Assembly (NCBI GenBank): GCA_964652515.1
Contig: CAZZAK010000002.1
Span: 1-34,241, forward strand
DNA: 34,241 nucleotides
Origin: an uncultured Clostridium sp.
GTDB taxonomy: Bacteria; Bacillota_I; Bacilli_A; RF39; UBA660
Direction of reading: 5' to 3'
The translations under genes were made by a program, and so were the position numbers. The notes below the pieces were generated by a model. That model saw only the letters and a program-made list of their open reading frames with translations, made no database searches and was not told the origin of the DNA. Shown in pieces: positions 1 to 8,997 of the stretch (positions within the stretch are counted from its first letter, which is position 1; every line of letters starts with the position of its first letter).

Positions 1-902
1 TAGAAATGGAATTAAAAGGACTTTATCCTGATAAGAATATTGAGGCTGTTGTGGCTAGGGTAAGAGATATAGAAAGAATGGAAGATGTATTTAAAAAATA
101 TCGTCCTCATATAGTATTACATGCTGCTGCTCATAAACATGTACCACTTATGGAAAATAGTCCTTTGGAGGCTATTCATAACAATATATTTGGTACTTAT
201 AATACAGCAATTCTTGCAGATAAGTATAAGGTAGATAAATTTGTGTTAATATCTACTGATAAGGCTGTTAATCCTACAAACATTATGGGAGCTACTAAAA
301 GATTTTGTGAACTTATAATTCAAGCCAAAGATAAAAAGAGTAAAACAGATTATTGTGCTGTAAGATTTGGTAATGTATTAGGTTCTAATGGTTCTGTTAT
401 TCCACTATTTAAAAAACAAATTGCGAAGGGTGGACCTGTAACAGTAACTGATAAGAATATTACAAGATTTTTCATGACTATACCTGAAGCTGTTAGCTTA
501 ATACTTCAAGCTATTACTTATGCTAATGGTGGAGAAATATTTGTATTAGATATGGGAGAACCTGTTAAGATATATGATTTAGCAGAGACTTTAATTAAGC
601 TTACTGGTTATGTTCCTAATGTAGATATTCCTATTAAAATTACTGGTCTTAGACCTGGCGAAAAACTATATGAAGAGATATTGATGGCTGAGGAAGGGTT
701 AACTTCTACGAAACATGATAAGATATTTATATCTAAACCTACAGAAGTATCTTATAGTGATATAAGGGAGTCTTTAAAAGTGTTATCAATGATTGAATAT
801 AATAAGAATTATTCTATAAAGAGAGTAAAGGATACAATGAAGAAAGTTGTTCCTACATATCATGAATTTACTATGGAGGCTAAAAATGAAAAAAATAAAT
901 AA
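1..902 (+). CDS. CapD/PglF/WbpM-family NDP-sugar (UDP-GlcNAc-type) 4,6-dehydratase, C-terminal part; 5' end lies outside the window
   Basis: Frame 3 is open from the window edge. 'LHAAAHKHVPLMENSPLEAIHNNIFGT' and 'LISTDKAVNPTNIMGATKR' match the catalytic STDKA region of this family. Stop TAA 900-902 overlaps the next gene's start. Confidence 0.85.
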   Translation, partial: EMELKGLYPDKNIEAVVARVRDIERMEDVFKKYRPHIVLHAAAHKHVPLMENSPLEAIHNNIFGTYNTAILADKYKVDKFVLISTDKAVNPTNIMGATKRFCELIIQAKDKKSKTDYCAVRFGNVLGSNGSVIPLFKKQIAKGGPVTVTDKNITRFFMTIPEAVSLILQAITYANGGEIFVLDMGEPVKIYDLAETLIKLTGYVPNVDIPIKITGLRPGEKLYEEILMAEEGLTSTKHDKIFISKPTEVSYSDIRESLKVLSMIEYNKNYSIKRVKDTMKKVVPTYHEFTMEAKNEKNK

Positions 903-2106
903 TATCCCTTTTTCTCCACCTGATATTGGTGAAGATGAAATTAGTGAAGTAGTAGATACTTTGAAGAGTGGGTGGATTACCACAGGACCTAAAACTAAAG
1001 AATTTGAAAAACAAATAGCTAGTTTATGTGGAACTAATAAAGCTGTTTGTTTAGGTTCTGCTACTGCTTCATTAGAATTAATTTTACGTGTATTAGGCAT
1101 AGGGAAAGAAGACGAAGTAATAGTTCCTGCTTATACTTATACAGCTTCAGCTAGTCCTGTTTATCATGTTGGAGCTAAAATAGTTTTATGTGATATTGGG
1201 AAAGATAATCCTGAAATGGATTATGATAAGTTAGAAAAATTAATTAATGAGAACACTAAAGCTATAATTGCTGTTGATTTAGCTGGTATTATATGTGATT
1301 ATGATAAGATATATGAAATAGTTAATAGGAATAAGAAATTATTTCATGGTAATAATGATATTCAAAAGAATTTTGGTAGAGTAATTGTTATTGCTGACTC
1401 GGCTCATGGTATTGGGGCTACAAGATGCGGGATACATTCTGGTAATATTGCAGATTTTACTTCATTTTCATTTCATGCTGTTAAGAATTTAACTACTGCT
1501 GAAGGTGGTGCAGCTACTTGGAAACATACGGATTTTATTGATGATGAAAAATTATATAAAGAATTTCAATTACTATCTTTGCATGGACAAAGTAAAGATG
1601 CCTTTAGTAAAATGGGATTAGGTAATTGGGAATATGATGTAGTGGGATTAAACTATAAATGTAATATGACAGATATTATGGCTGGTATTGGACTTGCTCA
1701 AATGAGAAGATATTCTAAATTAATGAAAAGACGTCATCAAATAATTGATATGTATAATGATGCATTTAAGAAATTACCAGTAAAACTATTGAATCATGAA
1801 GATGAGAAACATTGTTCATCTGGTCATTTATATCTTGTTAGAGTAAATGGAATAGGGGAAGAAGTACGTAATCAAATAATTGTTAAAATGGCAGAATTAG
1901 GAGTGGCTACTAATGTACATTATAAACCACTACCTATGTTTACTGCTTATAAAAATTTAGGATTTGATATTAAAGATTATCCTAATGCTTACGAATTTTA
2001 TAAAAATGAAATTACGTTACCTTTATATAGTTTACTTACTGATGAACAGGTTAAGTATATAATTTCATCATTTAAAGAAGTATTAAAGGAATTAAACCTA
2101 TGCTAA
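886..2106 (+). CDS. DegT/DnrJ/EryC1/StrS-family PLP aminotransferase (PglE/EpsN-like sugar 4-aminotransferase)
   Basis: ATG 886 lies 6 nt after GGAGG 875-879; the ORF-track start at 847 has no RBS. N-terminus 'IPFSPPDIGEDEI..LKSGWITTGPK'. PLP-lysine motif 'SFHAVKNLTTAEGG'. Confidence 0.9.
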   Translation: MKKINNIPFSPPDIGEDEISEVVDTLKSGWITTGPKTKEFEKQIASLCGTNKAVCLGSATASLELILRVLGIGKEDEVIVPAYTYTASASPVYHVGAKIVLCDIGKDNPEMDYDKLEKLINENTKAIIAVDLAGIICDYDKIYEIVNRNKKLFHGNNDIQKNFGRVIVIADSAHGIGATRCGIHSGNIADFTSFSFHAVKNLTTAEGGAATWKHTDFIDDEKLYKEFQLLSLHGQSKDAFSKMGLGNWEYDVVGLNYKCNMTDIMAGIGLAQMRRYSKLMKRRHQIIDMYNDAFKKLPVKLLNHEDEKHCSSGHLYLVRVNGIGEEVRNQIIVKMAELGVATNVHYKPLPMFTAYKNLGFDIKDYPNAYEFYKNEITLPLYSLLTDEQVKYIISSFKEVLKELNLC

Positions 2107-2780
2107 AAAAATATAGTGATTTACCAAAAGAATTTCAGAATAAAAAAGTACGTAAGTATTATGAAATGTTAAGAAAAAAAAGATTATATTTGGTATTTAA
2201 ACGTTTATTTGATATAATTGGTGCTTTAATTTTATTAATAATTTTATCTCCAGTATTCTTAGTATTGGCTATTATGATAAAGTTAGATTCTAAAGGACCA
2301 GTATTTTATAGACAAGAACGTATTACTAAATATGGTAAAAAATTTAGAATATTTAAATTTCGTACTATGGTTGTAGATGCGGATAAAAAAGGTAGTTTAG
2401 TAACTACAAATAATGATAATCGTATTACTAAAGTAGGATATAAAATTAGAAATAGTAGATTAGATGAAATTCCTCAGCTAATTAATGTATTATTAGGAGA
2501 TATGTCTTTTGTAGGTACTAGACCAGAAGTAAAAAAATATGTTGATTTATATACAAATGAAATGTATGCAACATTATTATTACCTGCTGGTATTACATCA
2601 AAGGCTAGTATTAATTATAAAGATGAAGCAAAAATTATAGAAAAATATCAAGGTAAAATGGATGTTGACTCTATATATATGAAAAAAGTTTTACCTGAGA
2701 AGATGAAGTATAATTTAGAATATATTGAAAAGATAAGTTTTATTGAAGATTTAAAAACATGTATTAAGACTATATTATAA
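2100..2780 (+). CDS. Small monotopic phosphoglycosyl (bacterial sugar) transferase, PglC/EpsL/WbaP-C-terminal type; priming enzyme
   Basis: 226 aa with one N-terminal hydrophobic hairpin. 'SRLDEIPQLINVLLGDMSFVGTRPE' is the family signature. ATG overlaps the upstream stop (ATGCTAA, 2100-2106). Confidence 0.9.
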   Translation: MLKKYSDLPKEFQNKKVRKYYEMLRKKRLYLVFKRLFDIIGALILLIILSPVFLVLAIMIKLDSKGPVFYRQERITKYGKKFRIFKFRTMVVDADKKGSLVTTNNDNRITKVGYKIRNSRLDEIPQLINVLLGDMSFVGTRPEVKKYVDLYTNEMYATLLLPAGITSKASINYKDEAKIIEKYQGKMDVDSIYMKKVLPEKMKYNLEYIEKISFIEDLKTCIKTIL

Positions 2781-2796
2781 TAGATTGGAGTAAGGT

Positions 2797-3807
2797 ATGA
2801 CAGTAACATTTATAATTGTGGCATACAATGCTGAAAAATATTTAAATGATCCTTTGAATTGCTTGTTAGAACAAGATTATGATTTAAAAAAAATTGAGGT
2901 AATTCTTGTTGACAGTAATTCTACTGATAAAACAAAAAGAGTAATGTTGAATTTTAAAAAGAATTATGCTGCAAAATTTAAAAGAATAGTTTTATTAGAT
3001 AATCCTAAGAAAACATTGCCATGTGGTTGGAATGTTGCTTTAAAAAAATCAACTGGAGATACAATATTAAGAGTAGATGCTCATACAACATTTCCTAAAA
3101 ATTTTATAAGTGAGGATATTAAAGAAATAAATACAGGTGAGGATATTGTTGGAGGTAAATGTGAAAGCATAACTTTACATAATTCAAGAAAAGAAAAATT
3201 GTTATTAATCGCTGAAGAATCTATTTTTGGTGCTGGTATTGCTGATTTTAGGAGGAAACAATCTAGAGAGTATGTTAATACTTTGGCATTTGCAATGTAT
3301 AGAAAAAAAGTGTTTGATGATGTTGGCGAGTATAATGAAAATTTAGCAAGAACAGAAGATAATGAAATGCATTATAGAATGAGAAAGGCAGGATATAAAT
3401 TTTTGCTTTCTCCAAATATTAGGACATTCCGTTATGCTAGAAGTGATTTCAAAAGTATGTTAAAACAAAAATATGGCAATGGTAAATGGATTGGTATTAC
3501 GATGTATTATTCTCCTAAATGCTTTTCTTTATATCATTTTATTCCTTTATATTTTGTGATTGGGATAATATTTAGTGTAGTACTAGCTATTTTGCATATA
3601 CCAATATTTTTATATCTTTTAGCGGGTGCATATTTATTATTTAATATTATTAATCTAATTATTATTATGATAAATAATGGTTTTCATTTTGAATTTTTAT
3701 TGTTGCCATTTATATTTCTATTATTACACTTGTCATATGGTTTTGGAACTGTTGTTGGATTGTTGAAAGGACCTTTTTATAAATGGAAAAGAAAAAAAAT
3801 GTTATAG
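2797..3807 (+). CDS. Family 2 glycosyltransferase with a C-terminal multi-span membrane region
   Basis: 'VTFIIVAYNAEKYL', 'ILVDSNSTDKT', 'RVDAH' and 'EDNEMHYRMRKAGYK'. The last ~100 aa are strongly hydrophobic. GGAG lies upstream of the ATG. Confidence 0.85.
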   Translation: MTVTFIIVAYNAEKYLNDPLNCLLEQDYDLKKIEVILVDSNSTDKTKRVMLNFKKNYAAKFKRIVLLDNPKKTLPCGWNVALKKSTGDTILRVDAHTTFPKNFISEDIKEINTGEDIVGGKCESITLHNSRKEKLLLIAEESIFGAGIADFRRKQSREYVNTLAFAMYRKKVFDDVGEYNENLARTEDNEMHYRMRKAGYKFLLSPNIRTFRYARSDFKSMLKQKYGNGKWIGITMYYSPKCFSLYHFIPLYFVIGIIFSVVLAILHIPIFLYLLAGAYLLFNIINLIIIMINNGFHFEFLLLPFIFLLLHLSYGFGTVVGLLKGPFYKWKRKKML

Positions 3808-4790
3808 ATGTAACTATTATTGTTCCTGTATATAATGTAGAACATTATCTAAGAAAATGTTTAGATTCGTTAGTAAATCAAGATTATGATAATAAAAAAT
3901 ATGAAATTTTAATTGTTAATGATGCTTCAACGGATAAAAGTATTAATGTTATTTATGAATATCATAAACAATATTCAAATATTAGTGTTTATGATTTGAA
4001 AAAAAATGGTGGTGTTTCAAACGCAAGAAATATTGGTATTGAAAATGCTAAAGGTCAATATCTAATGTTTTGTGATGCGGATGATTATTATGATACCAAT
4101 GCTATTAGTATTATGATGTCTTATGTAAAAAAAGAGAAAGCTGACTTTATTATGGCTAATTATTATATTACTAATGGTATTAATAAAATTTCCGTAGATG
4201 TTTCTGGTTATTTTAGTAATATGATTATATCTAGAGAGGAAATTGTCAGTTATATGACGTTAACTTCAAGTGCTAAATTGATAAAGAAAGATTTATTTAT
4301 TAATAATAATATAAGTTATCCTACTGACTTAAAAAGGTGTGAAGAATTGAGCGTTATTCCTATTGTGGCTTATTTTGCCAATAAGGCTGTTGTTATTAAG
4401 GATACTTTATATTATTATTATCAACGAAGTGATTCTGTTTCCAATACAAATTCTAAAAAAACTCCTATTGGTGATTTAGATTATTTTGATAAATCTTTTG
4501 AGAGATTTGTTGCTAATATAGATTCTTTAAAATATTCTCAGGAAATCGAATTTAGAGCTATTGATCATTTACTATACGGGAAATCATTAGTTATGTTAAA
4601 GTCTGGGGTGCAAAGAAAATATATAGTTAATCATATTAATGATTTTAAAAGAAAGTATTGTAAATTTACCAGAAATATTTATTTTAAAAAATATAATATA
4701 GGTAAAAAAATATTTGTATATTCGTTAAATTGTAAGTTGTTATTTGTTTCTAAATTATTAGCTTATATACACGGAAAATTAACGGGGTGA
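3783..4790 (+). CDS. Family 2 glycosyltransferase
   Basis: 'VTIIVPVYNVEHYLRKCLDSLVNQDY', 'ILIVNDASTDKS' and 'GGVSNARNIGIENAKGQYLMFCDADD'. Overlaps the upstream gene by 25 nt. Confidence 0.9.
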   Translation: MEKKKNVIDVTIIVPVYNVEHYLRKCLDSLVNQDYDNKKYEILIVNDASTDKSINVIYEYHKQYSNISVYDLKKNGGVSNARNIGIENAKGQYLMFCDADDYYDTNAISIMMSYVKKEKADFIMANYYITNGINKISVDVSGYFSNMIISREEIVSYMTLTSSAKLIKKDLFINNNISYPTDLKRCEELSVIPIVAYFANKAVVIKDTLYYYYQRSDSVSNTNSKKTPIGDLDYFDKSFERFVANIDSLKYSQEIEFRAIDHLLYGKSLVMLKSGVQRKYIVNHINDFKRKYCKFTRNIYFKKYNIGKKIFVYSLNCKLLFVSKLLAYIHGKLTG

Positions 4791-4796
4791 AATTAT

Positions 4797-5986
4797 ATGT
4801 TAGAAAAGATTAAGAAAATGAAATTAATTGATTATTGGCATTTCTTAATATTAATTTTATGTTATATTCCAAGTTTGGTTTTAAAATTTATTTATCCTAA
4901 CATTTGGATTGTATCTGAAAATGGCGATGATGCAAAGGATAATGGTTTTGCTTTCTTTAAGTATATGATGACTAGTCATCCTGAAATTAAATGCTATTAT
5001 ATAATAACAAAACAAGCTAAGGATTATAAGAAGGTAGAGAAGTATAGTAAAAATCTTTTAATACATAATTCAATCAAGAGTATAATTTATATAATGGGAT
5101 GTAAGAATTTTGTATCATCACAATTGGCATCTAGTTTTCCATATTCTAATATATTTTTTAATTTGTATATGGCTCATGTTTTTAAATTTAATTATATATT
5201 TTTGCAACATGGTATAACAAAAGAGAATGTTAAATGCTTTTATAAGAACGAGAGCAATATTGACTTATTTTGTTGTGCAGCTAATCCAGAATATGATTAT
5301 GTAAAGGAATATTTTGGCTATAAAGATTATGAGGTTTCTAAACTTGGATTTTGTAGATATGATAACTTGAGTAGTGAGTTTACCAATGACGATAGCATAT
5401 TATTTATGCCTACGTGGCGTAAGTATCTTGAAGCTAGAGATGGTGTAATTAATTCAGACATTGAAAAACAATTTTTGAGTTCTAAGTACTATAAAACTAT
5501 TTATAAGTTGATTAATGATAGAAGACTAATTGAGTCTTTAGAAAAGAATAATAAAATATTGTATTTTTGTCTTCACGATAAAGCTATGATATATAAAAAA
5601 TATTTTACTTCTCCAAGTAAAAATATTATTATTGTGGATAAAAGCAGTTCTAAGACAGTTGATAAGTTAATTAGAGAATGTAAATATTTAATTACTGATA
5701 CATCAAGTGTATCTTTTGATTTTGCTTATCAAAAAAAACGATTATTGTATTATCAATTTGATTACAATGATATAATTAAAGGTCATTGGAGTAAGGGATA
5801 TTTTAATTATGATAAGGATGGTTTGGCAAGGTAGTTAAAAATCACAATGATTGTGTTAATGAAATTATTTTAGCAATTAATGAAAAATTTAAAAATAGTA
5901 AATTATATGAGCAAAGAACTAAAAATTTCTATTGTTTTAATGATAAAAATAATTGTGAGAGAACATTTAATAAGATAAGAGAATTA
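4797..5986 (+). pseudogene. TagF/TagB-family CDP-glycerol (polyol-phosphate) glycerophosphotransferase; reading frame broken by a one-base frame change near 5820-5824
   Basis: Frame-0 ORF 4797-5834 has 'LQHGITKENV', 'FMPTWRKY' and 'LITDTSSVSFDFAYQKKRLLYYQFDY'. It stops at TAG 5832-5834. The family-typical C-terminus ('FGKVVKNHNDCVNEIILAI...NDKNNCERTFNKIREL') continues in the -1 frame from 5822. Confidence 0.75.
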
Positions 5987-6076
5987 TCTGACATTAAAGA
6001 TGTAGAAAGAAAAAATAGGCGTATTAAAAATCATAAAAAAAATTATTTATTTGTTATACTAGTATCTTTACTTATT
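5816..6076 (+). other. Upstream extension of the Wzy-like ORF, with no start and no stop codon, in frame 2
   Basis: I translated this stretch codon by codon. There is no stop and no ATG/GTG/TTG between 5816 and the ATG at 6077. It encodes the TagF-like C-terminus, then the basic cluster 'ERKNRRIKNHKK', then the first half of a hydrophobic helix. Confidence 0.8.
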
Positions 6077-7444
6077 ATGTTGTTGGGAATAACATTTAAT
6101 CAATATATTTTGATGTTATTTGCTACTATTTTATTGTTTTTTCATAATTTATATTATGGTTTATTAATGCCTAAAAAAAATATATTCTTTAATTTATTTC
6201 ATGTATCTATTTTTACCTTTTTATTAGGCAAACCAATTATTCAAACCCTTTCTAGTGTTAAATGGTGGATTAAATATTCTGAATATTCTGAGAAAATGAC
6301 TTTAATTAGTATTTGGTTAACTTTATTAGGATTATTTTTGGGTTCATTTTTGAATAATAATAGAAAATTAAATGTGGATAACAAGTTTATTCTTGGAAAA
6401 AAATACTTTAATGAAAATATTTACTATATTAGAAAATATTCATTCATTATGTTTATGATAACTATATTATTTAGGTATGTTTGTGAGATTGAAAAATATA
6501 TCTTTATGTATGGTAAATCTTATACCGAATATTACTTATCATATTATTCTAGTTTGCCTTCTGTAGTCAATTTAATTGGTGGTATGGCTGTAACTTTTTT
6601 AGTTATATACTTAGTAACATTGCCAAACAAAAAAGCTACAATAGGAGTAGCATTAATATACTTGTGTTCATTTATTCCTAATTTTTTGATTGGTCAAAGA
6701 AATCCTTTAATTTTAGCTGCTTTATTATTCTTTTCATATTATGTAGTACGTGATTGGTATGAAAATTCTAACAAGTGGGTTAATGTTAAGGAAAGATTTT
6801 TGATATTGTTGATTATTCCAGTATTGATTATAGGACTTGATATATATAATTATAAGAGAGATAATGCTAGACTTAATGGTAATATGTTTGAATCTTTTGT
6901 TGATTTCTTTTATACACAAGGCATATCTTTCGATGTGTTAAATATTGGCTATAGCAATATGGATACGATTAGGTCAATGAATAAAAATTATGTTTTTGGA
7001 CCTATAGTAGATTATTACAGAGATAATACAATTGCTAAAAAAGTATTTAAGTTACCTGGCCTTGGTATAGGCAATAATGAAGTAAGAGCATTGAAGGGGA
7101 ATAGTTTTACACATATTTTAGCTTATTTGTCACGTAGTGATTACTTACAAGGTCATGGTTATGGTTCATCTTATATACTTGAGTTGTATTGCAATTATGG
7201 ATTTATTGGCTTGTTTATATTCTCAATACTTTTAGGATTTTTATTAGTTAATATTCCAATTATAATTAAATCTCAGAGTTTATTATCAATTATTGTATTG
7301 CAAATGTGTATGACTATTTATTTTCTTCCTCGAGCTGAAACCATGTCTAGCATTATGTTCATATTTACTCCTCATTTTTTAGGAAGCTTGATAGTAATGT
7401 GGTTTATAATTTATATTAAAAAAAATTTTGAGGTGTTAAGATGA
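6077..7444 (+). CDS. Wzy-like polysaccharide (O-antigen/capsule repeat-unit) polymerase, polytopic membrane protein
   Basis: About 10-12 hydrophobic segments and a large loop ('...NSFTHILAYLSRSDYLQGHGYGSSYILELYCNYGFIGL'), placed between transferases and the flippase. The first ATG (6077) has no SD and sits inside a predicted helix, so the true N-terminus is uncertain. Confidence 0.7.
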   Translation: MLLGITFNQYILMLFATILLFFHNLYYGLLMPKKNIFFNLFHVSIFTFLLGKPIIQTLSSVKWWIKYSEYSEKMTLISIWLTLLGLFLGSFLNNNRKLNVDNKFILGKKYFNENIYYIRKYSFIMFMITILFRYVCEIEKYIFMYGKSYTEYYLSYYSSLPSVVNLIGGMAVTFLVIYLVTLPNKKATIGVALIYLCSFIPNFLIGQRNPLILAALLFFSYYVVRDWYENSNKWVNVKERFLILLIIPVLIIGLDIYNYKRDNARLNGNMFESFVDFFYTQGISFDVLNIGYSNMDTIRSMNKNYVFGPIVDYYRDNTIAKKVFKLPGLGIGNNEVRALKGNSFTHILAYLSRSDYLQGHGYGSSYILELYCNYGFIGLFIFSILLGFLLVNIPIIIKSQSLLSIIVLQMCMTIYFLPRAETMSSIMFIFTPHFLGSLIVMWFIIYIKKNFEVLR

Positions 7445-8964
7445 GAACAAAGAAATCTGCTAGAAATGTGATTGTATCAACATTTAATAGTATTTTAAAT
7501 ATTATTATTAGTTTGTTTGTTCAGAAAATATTTTTAAGGATATTAGGTGAATCTTATTTAGGTTTGAATGGCGTTTTTAGCAATATGTTATCTATTTTAG
7601 CTGTTGCTGAGCTTGGTATTGGTACAGCAATAGTATATAAAATGTATCGTCCAATTGAGGAAAAAAATGAAAAACAAATTGCTAAATTAATGAATTTTTA
7701 TCGTAGATGTTATCGTATTATTATTTCTGTTATGATTTTAATAATATTGATAATATTACCATTTTTAAGGTATATCATTGGCGATACCTCTGATATAAAA
7801 GAAAATATTTATTTATTATATGGGCTCTTTTCATTAGATATTTTAATATCTTATTTGTTAGCTTACAAAAAATCTATTCTTTATGCTGATCAAAATGAGT
7901 ATATATCGAATTTGGTTCATTTAGGATATTTGATTTTCATGAATAGTTTACAAATATTTTTTCTTATTAAAACTCACGAATATTTAATATACTTAATTAT
8001 AAAGATTGCTTGTAGGTTTTTAGAAAATTTATTAATTAACTTTATTGTTAATAGAAAATATGCGTATATAGGTAGAAATAAGAATTTAGAACTTGATAAA
8101 AATGAGCAGAAAGATATATTTAAAAAAATTAAATCATTGTTTTTACATAAATTAGCTGGTTTTGTTGTAACTGGTACGGATACTATATTAATATCATTTT
8201 TTTTGGGAGGATTAGTTACTGTTGGATATTATTCTAATTACAGTTTGATAATTTCTGCAGTAACAACAGTATTTAATCAGGTATTTATTTCTATTACGTC
8301 CAGTGTTGGTAATTTATTAGTTACCGAAAGTAAAGCAAAAAGATTGGAAGTATTTAATAAGATTCAGTTTTTAAATTTTTGGTTTTTTGCTTTTGCTAGT
8401 ATTTGTATATTTTGTATAATAGAGCCATTTATTACTATATGGATTGGTTCAAAATATATTTTGTCAAAATTTGTATTAATATCTTTGGTATTTAACTTTT
8501 TTATGCAGGGTATGCGTAGAACAATGATGTCTTTTAAGGAAGCTGCTGGAATTTTTTATGAAGATAGGTATGTCCCAATTATTGAATCAGTTATTAATTT
8601 GGTTGCTTCAGTTATTTTCTTAAAAATATTTGGTTTGGCAGGGGTATTTTTAGGAACAATAACTAGTACTTTAATTGTGTATTTATATAGTTATCCTAAA
8701 ATTGTGTATGAAACGTTGTTTGGTGAAAAAGGTATAAAGTATGTGTTGTTAATTGGAAAGTATACAGTTGTTGGTACTTTTACTTTAGTAGTTACGTATT
8801 GTATTGTAAATATTATCAATATTAACAATGATTATTTACGTGTTTTGATAAATATGATTATTTGTATGGTTGTTCCCAATGTTCTATTTATGATTATATA
8901 TTGGAATAATTGTAATTTTAAATATTATTTAAATATCGTAAAAAAAATAATTCATAGAAAATAA
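7441..8964 (+). CDS. Wzx-type oligosaccharide flippase (MOP/polysaccharide biosynthesis protein family)
   Basis: 507 aa polytopic protein. N-terminus 'KKSARNVIVSTFNSILNIIISLFVQKIFLRILGESYLGLNGVF' is typical. The start overlaps the upstream stop (ATGA, 7441-7444). Confidence 0.85.
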   Translation: MRTKKSARNVIVSTFNSILNIIISLFVQKIFLRILGESYLGLNGVFSNMLSILAVAELGIGTAIVYKMYRPIEEKNEKQIAKLMNFYRRCYRIIISVMILIILIILPFLRYIIGDTSDIKENIYLLYGLFSLDILISYLLAYKKSILYADQNEYISNLVHLGYLIFMNSLQIFFLIKTHEYLIYLIIKIACRFLENLLINFIVNRKYAYIGRNKNLELDKNEQKDIFKKIKSLFLHKLAGFVVTGTDTILISFFLGGLVTVGYYSNYSLIISAVTTVFNQVFISITSSVGNLLVTESKAKRLEVFNKIQFLNFWFFAFASICIFCIIEPFITIWIGSKYILSKFVLISLVFNFFMQGMRRTMMSFKEAAGIFYEDRYVPIIESVINLVASVIFLKIFGLAGVFLGTITSTLIVYLYSYPKIVYETLFGEKGIKYVLLIGKYTVVGTFTLVVTYCIVNIININNDYLRVLINMIICMVVPNVLFMIIYWNNCNFKYYLNIVKKIIHRK

Positions 8965-8997
8965 AAACTATAAATTAATTTTAATTTATAGTTTTTT
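8965..8997. terminator. Bidirectional intrinsic terminator between convergent genes
   Basis: 12-bp perfect stem, AAACTATAAATT (8965-8976) / AATTTATAGTTT (8983-8994), followed by a T-run on the + strand. The A-rich sequence 8958-8967 supplies the weaker U-tract for the minus strand. Confidence 0.7.

Noticed and set aside
3793-3800. A8/T8 homopolymer tracts near gene starts as phase-variation switches (e.g. 3793-3800, 5743-5750, 6035-6042, 6173-6180, 10531-10538).
   Set aside because: A7-A8 runs occur dozens of times across the window, including in housekeeping genes (alr, murE, nth), as expected at this base composition. There is no enrichment in surface genes. The one real frame break (5820-5824) is not in a long tract.
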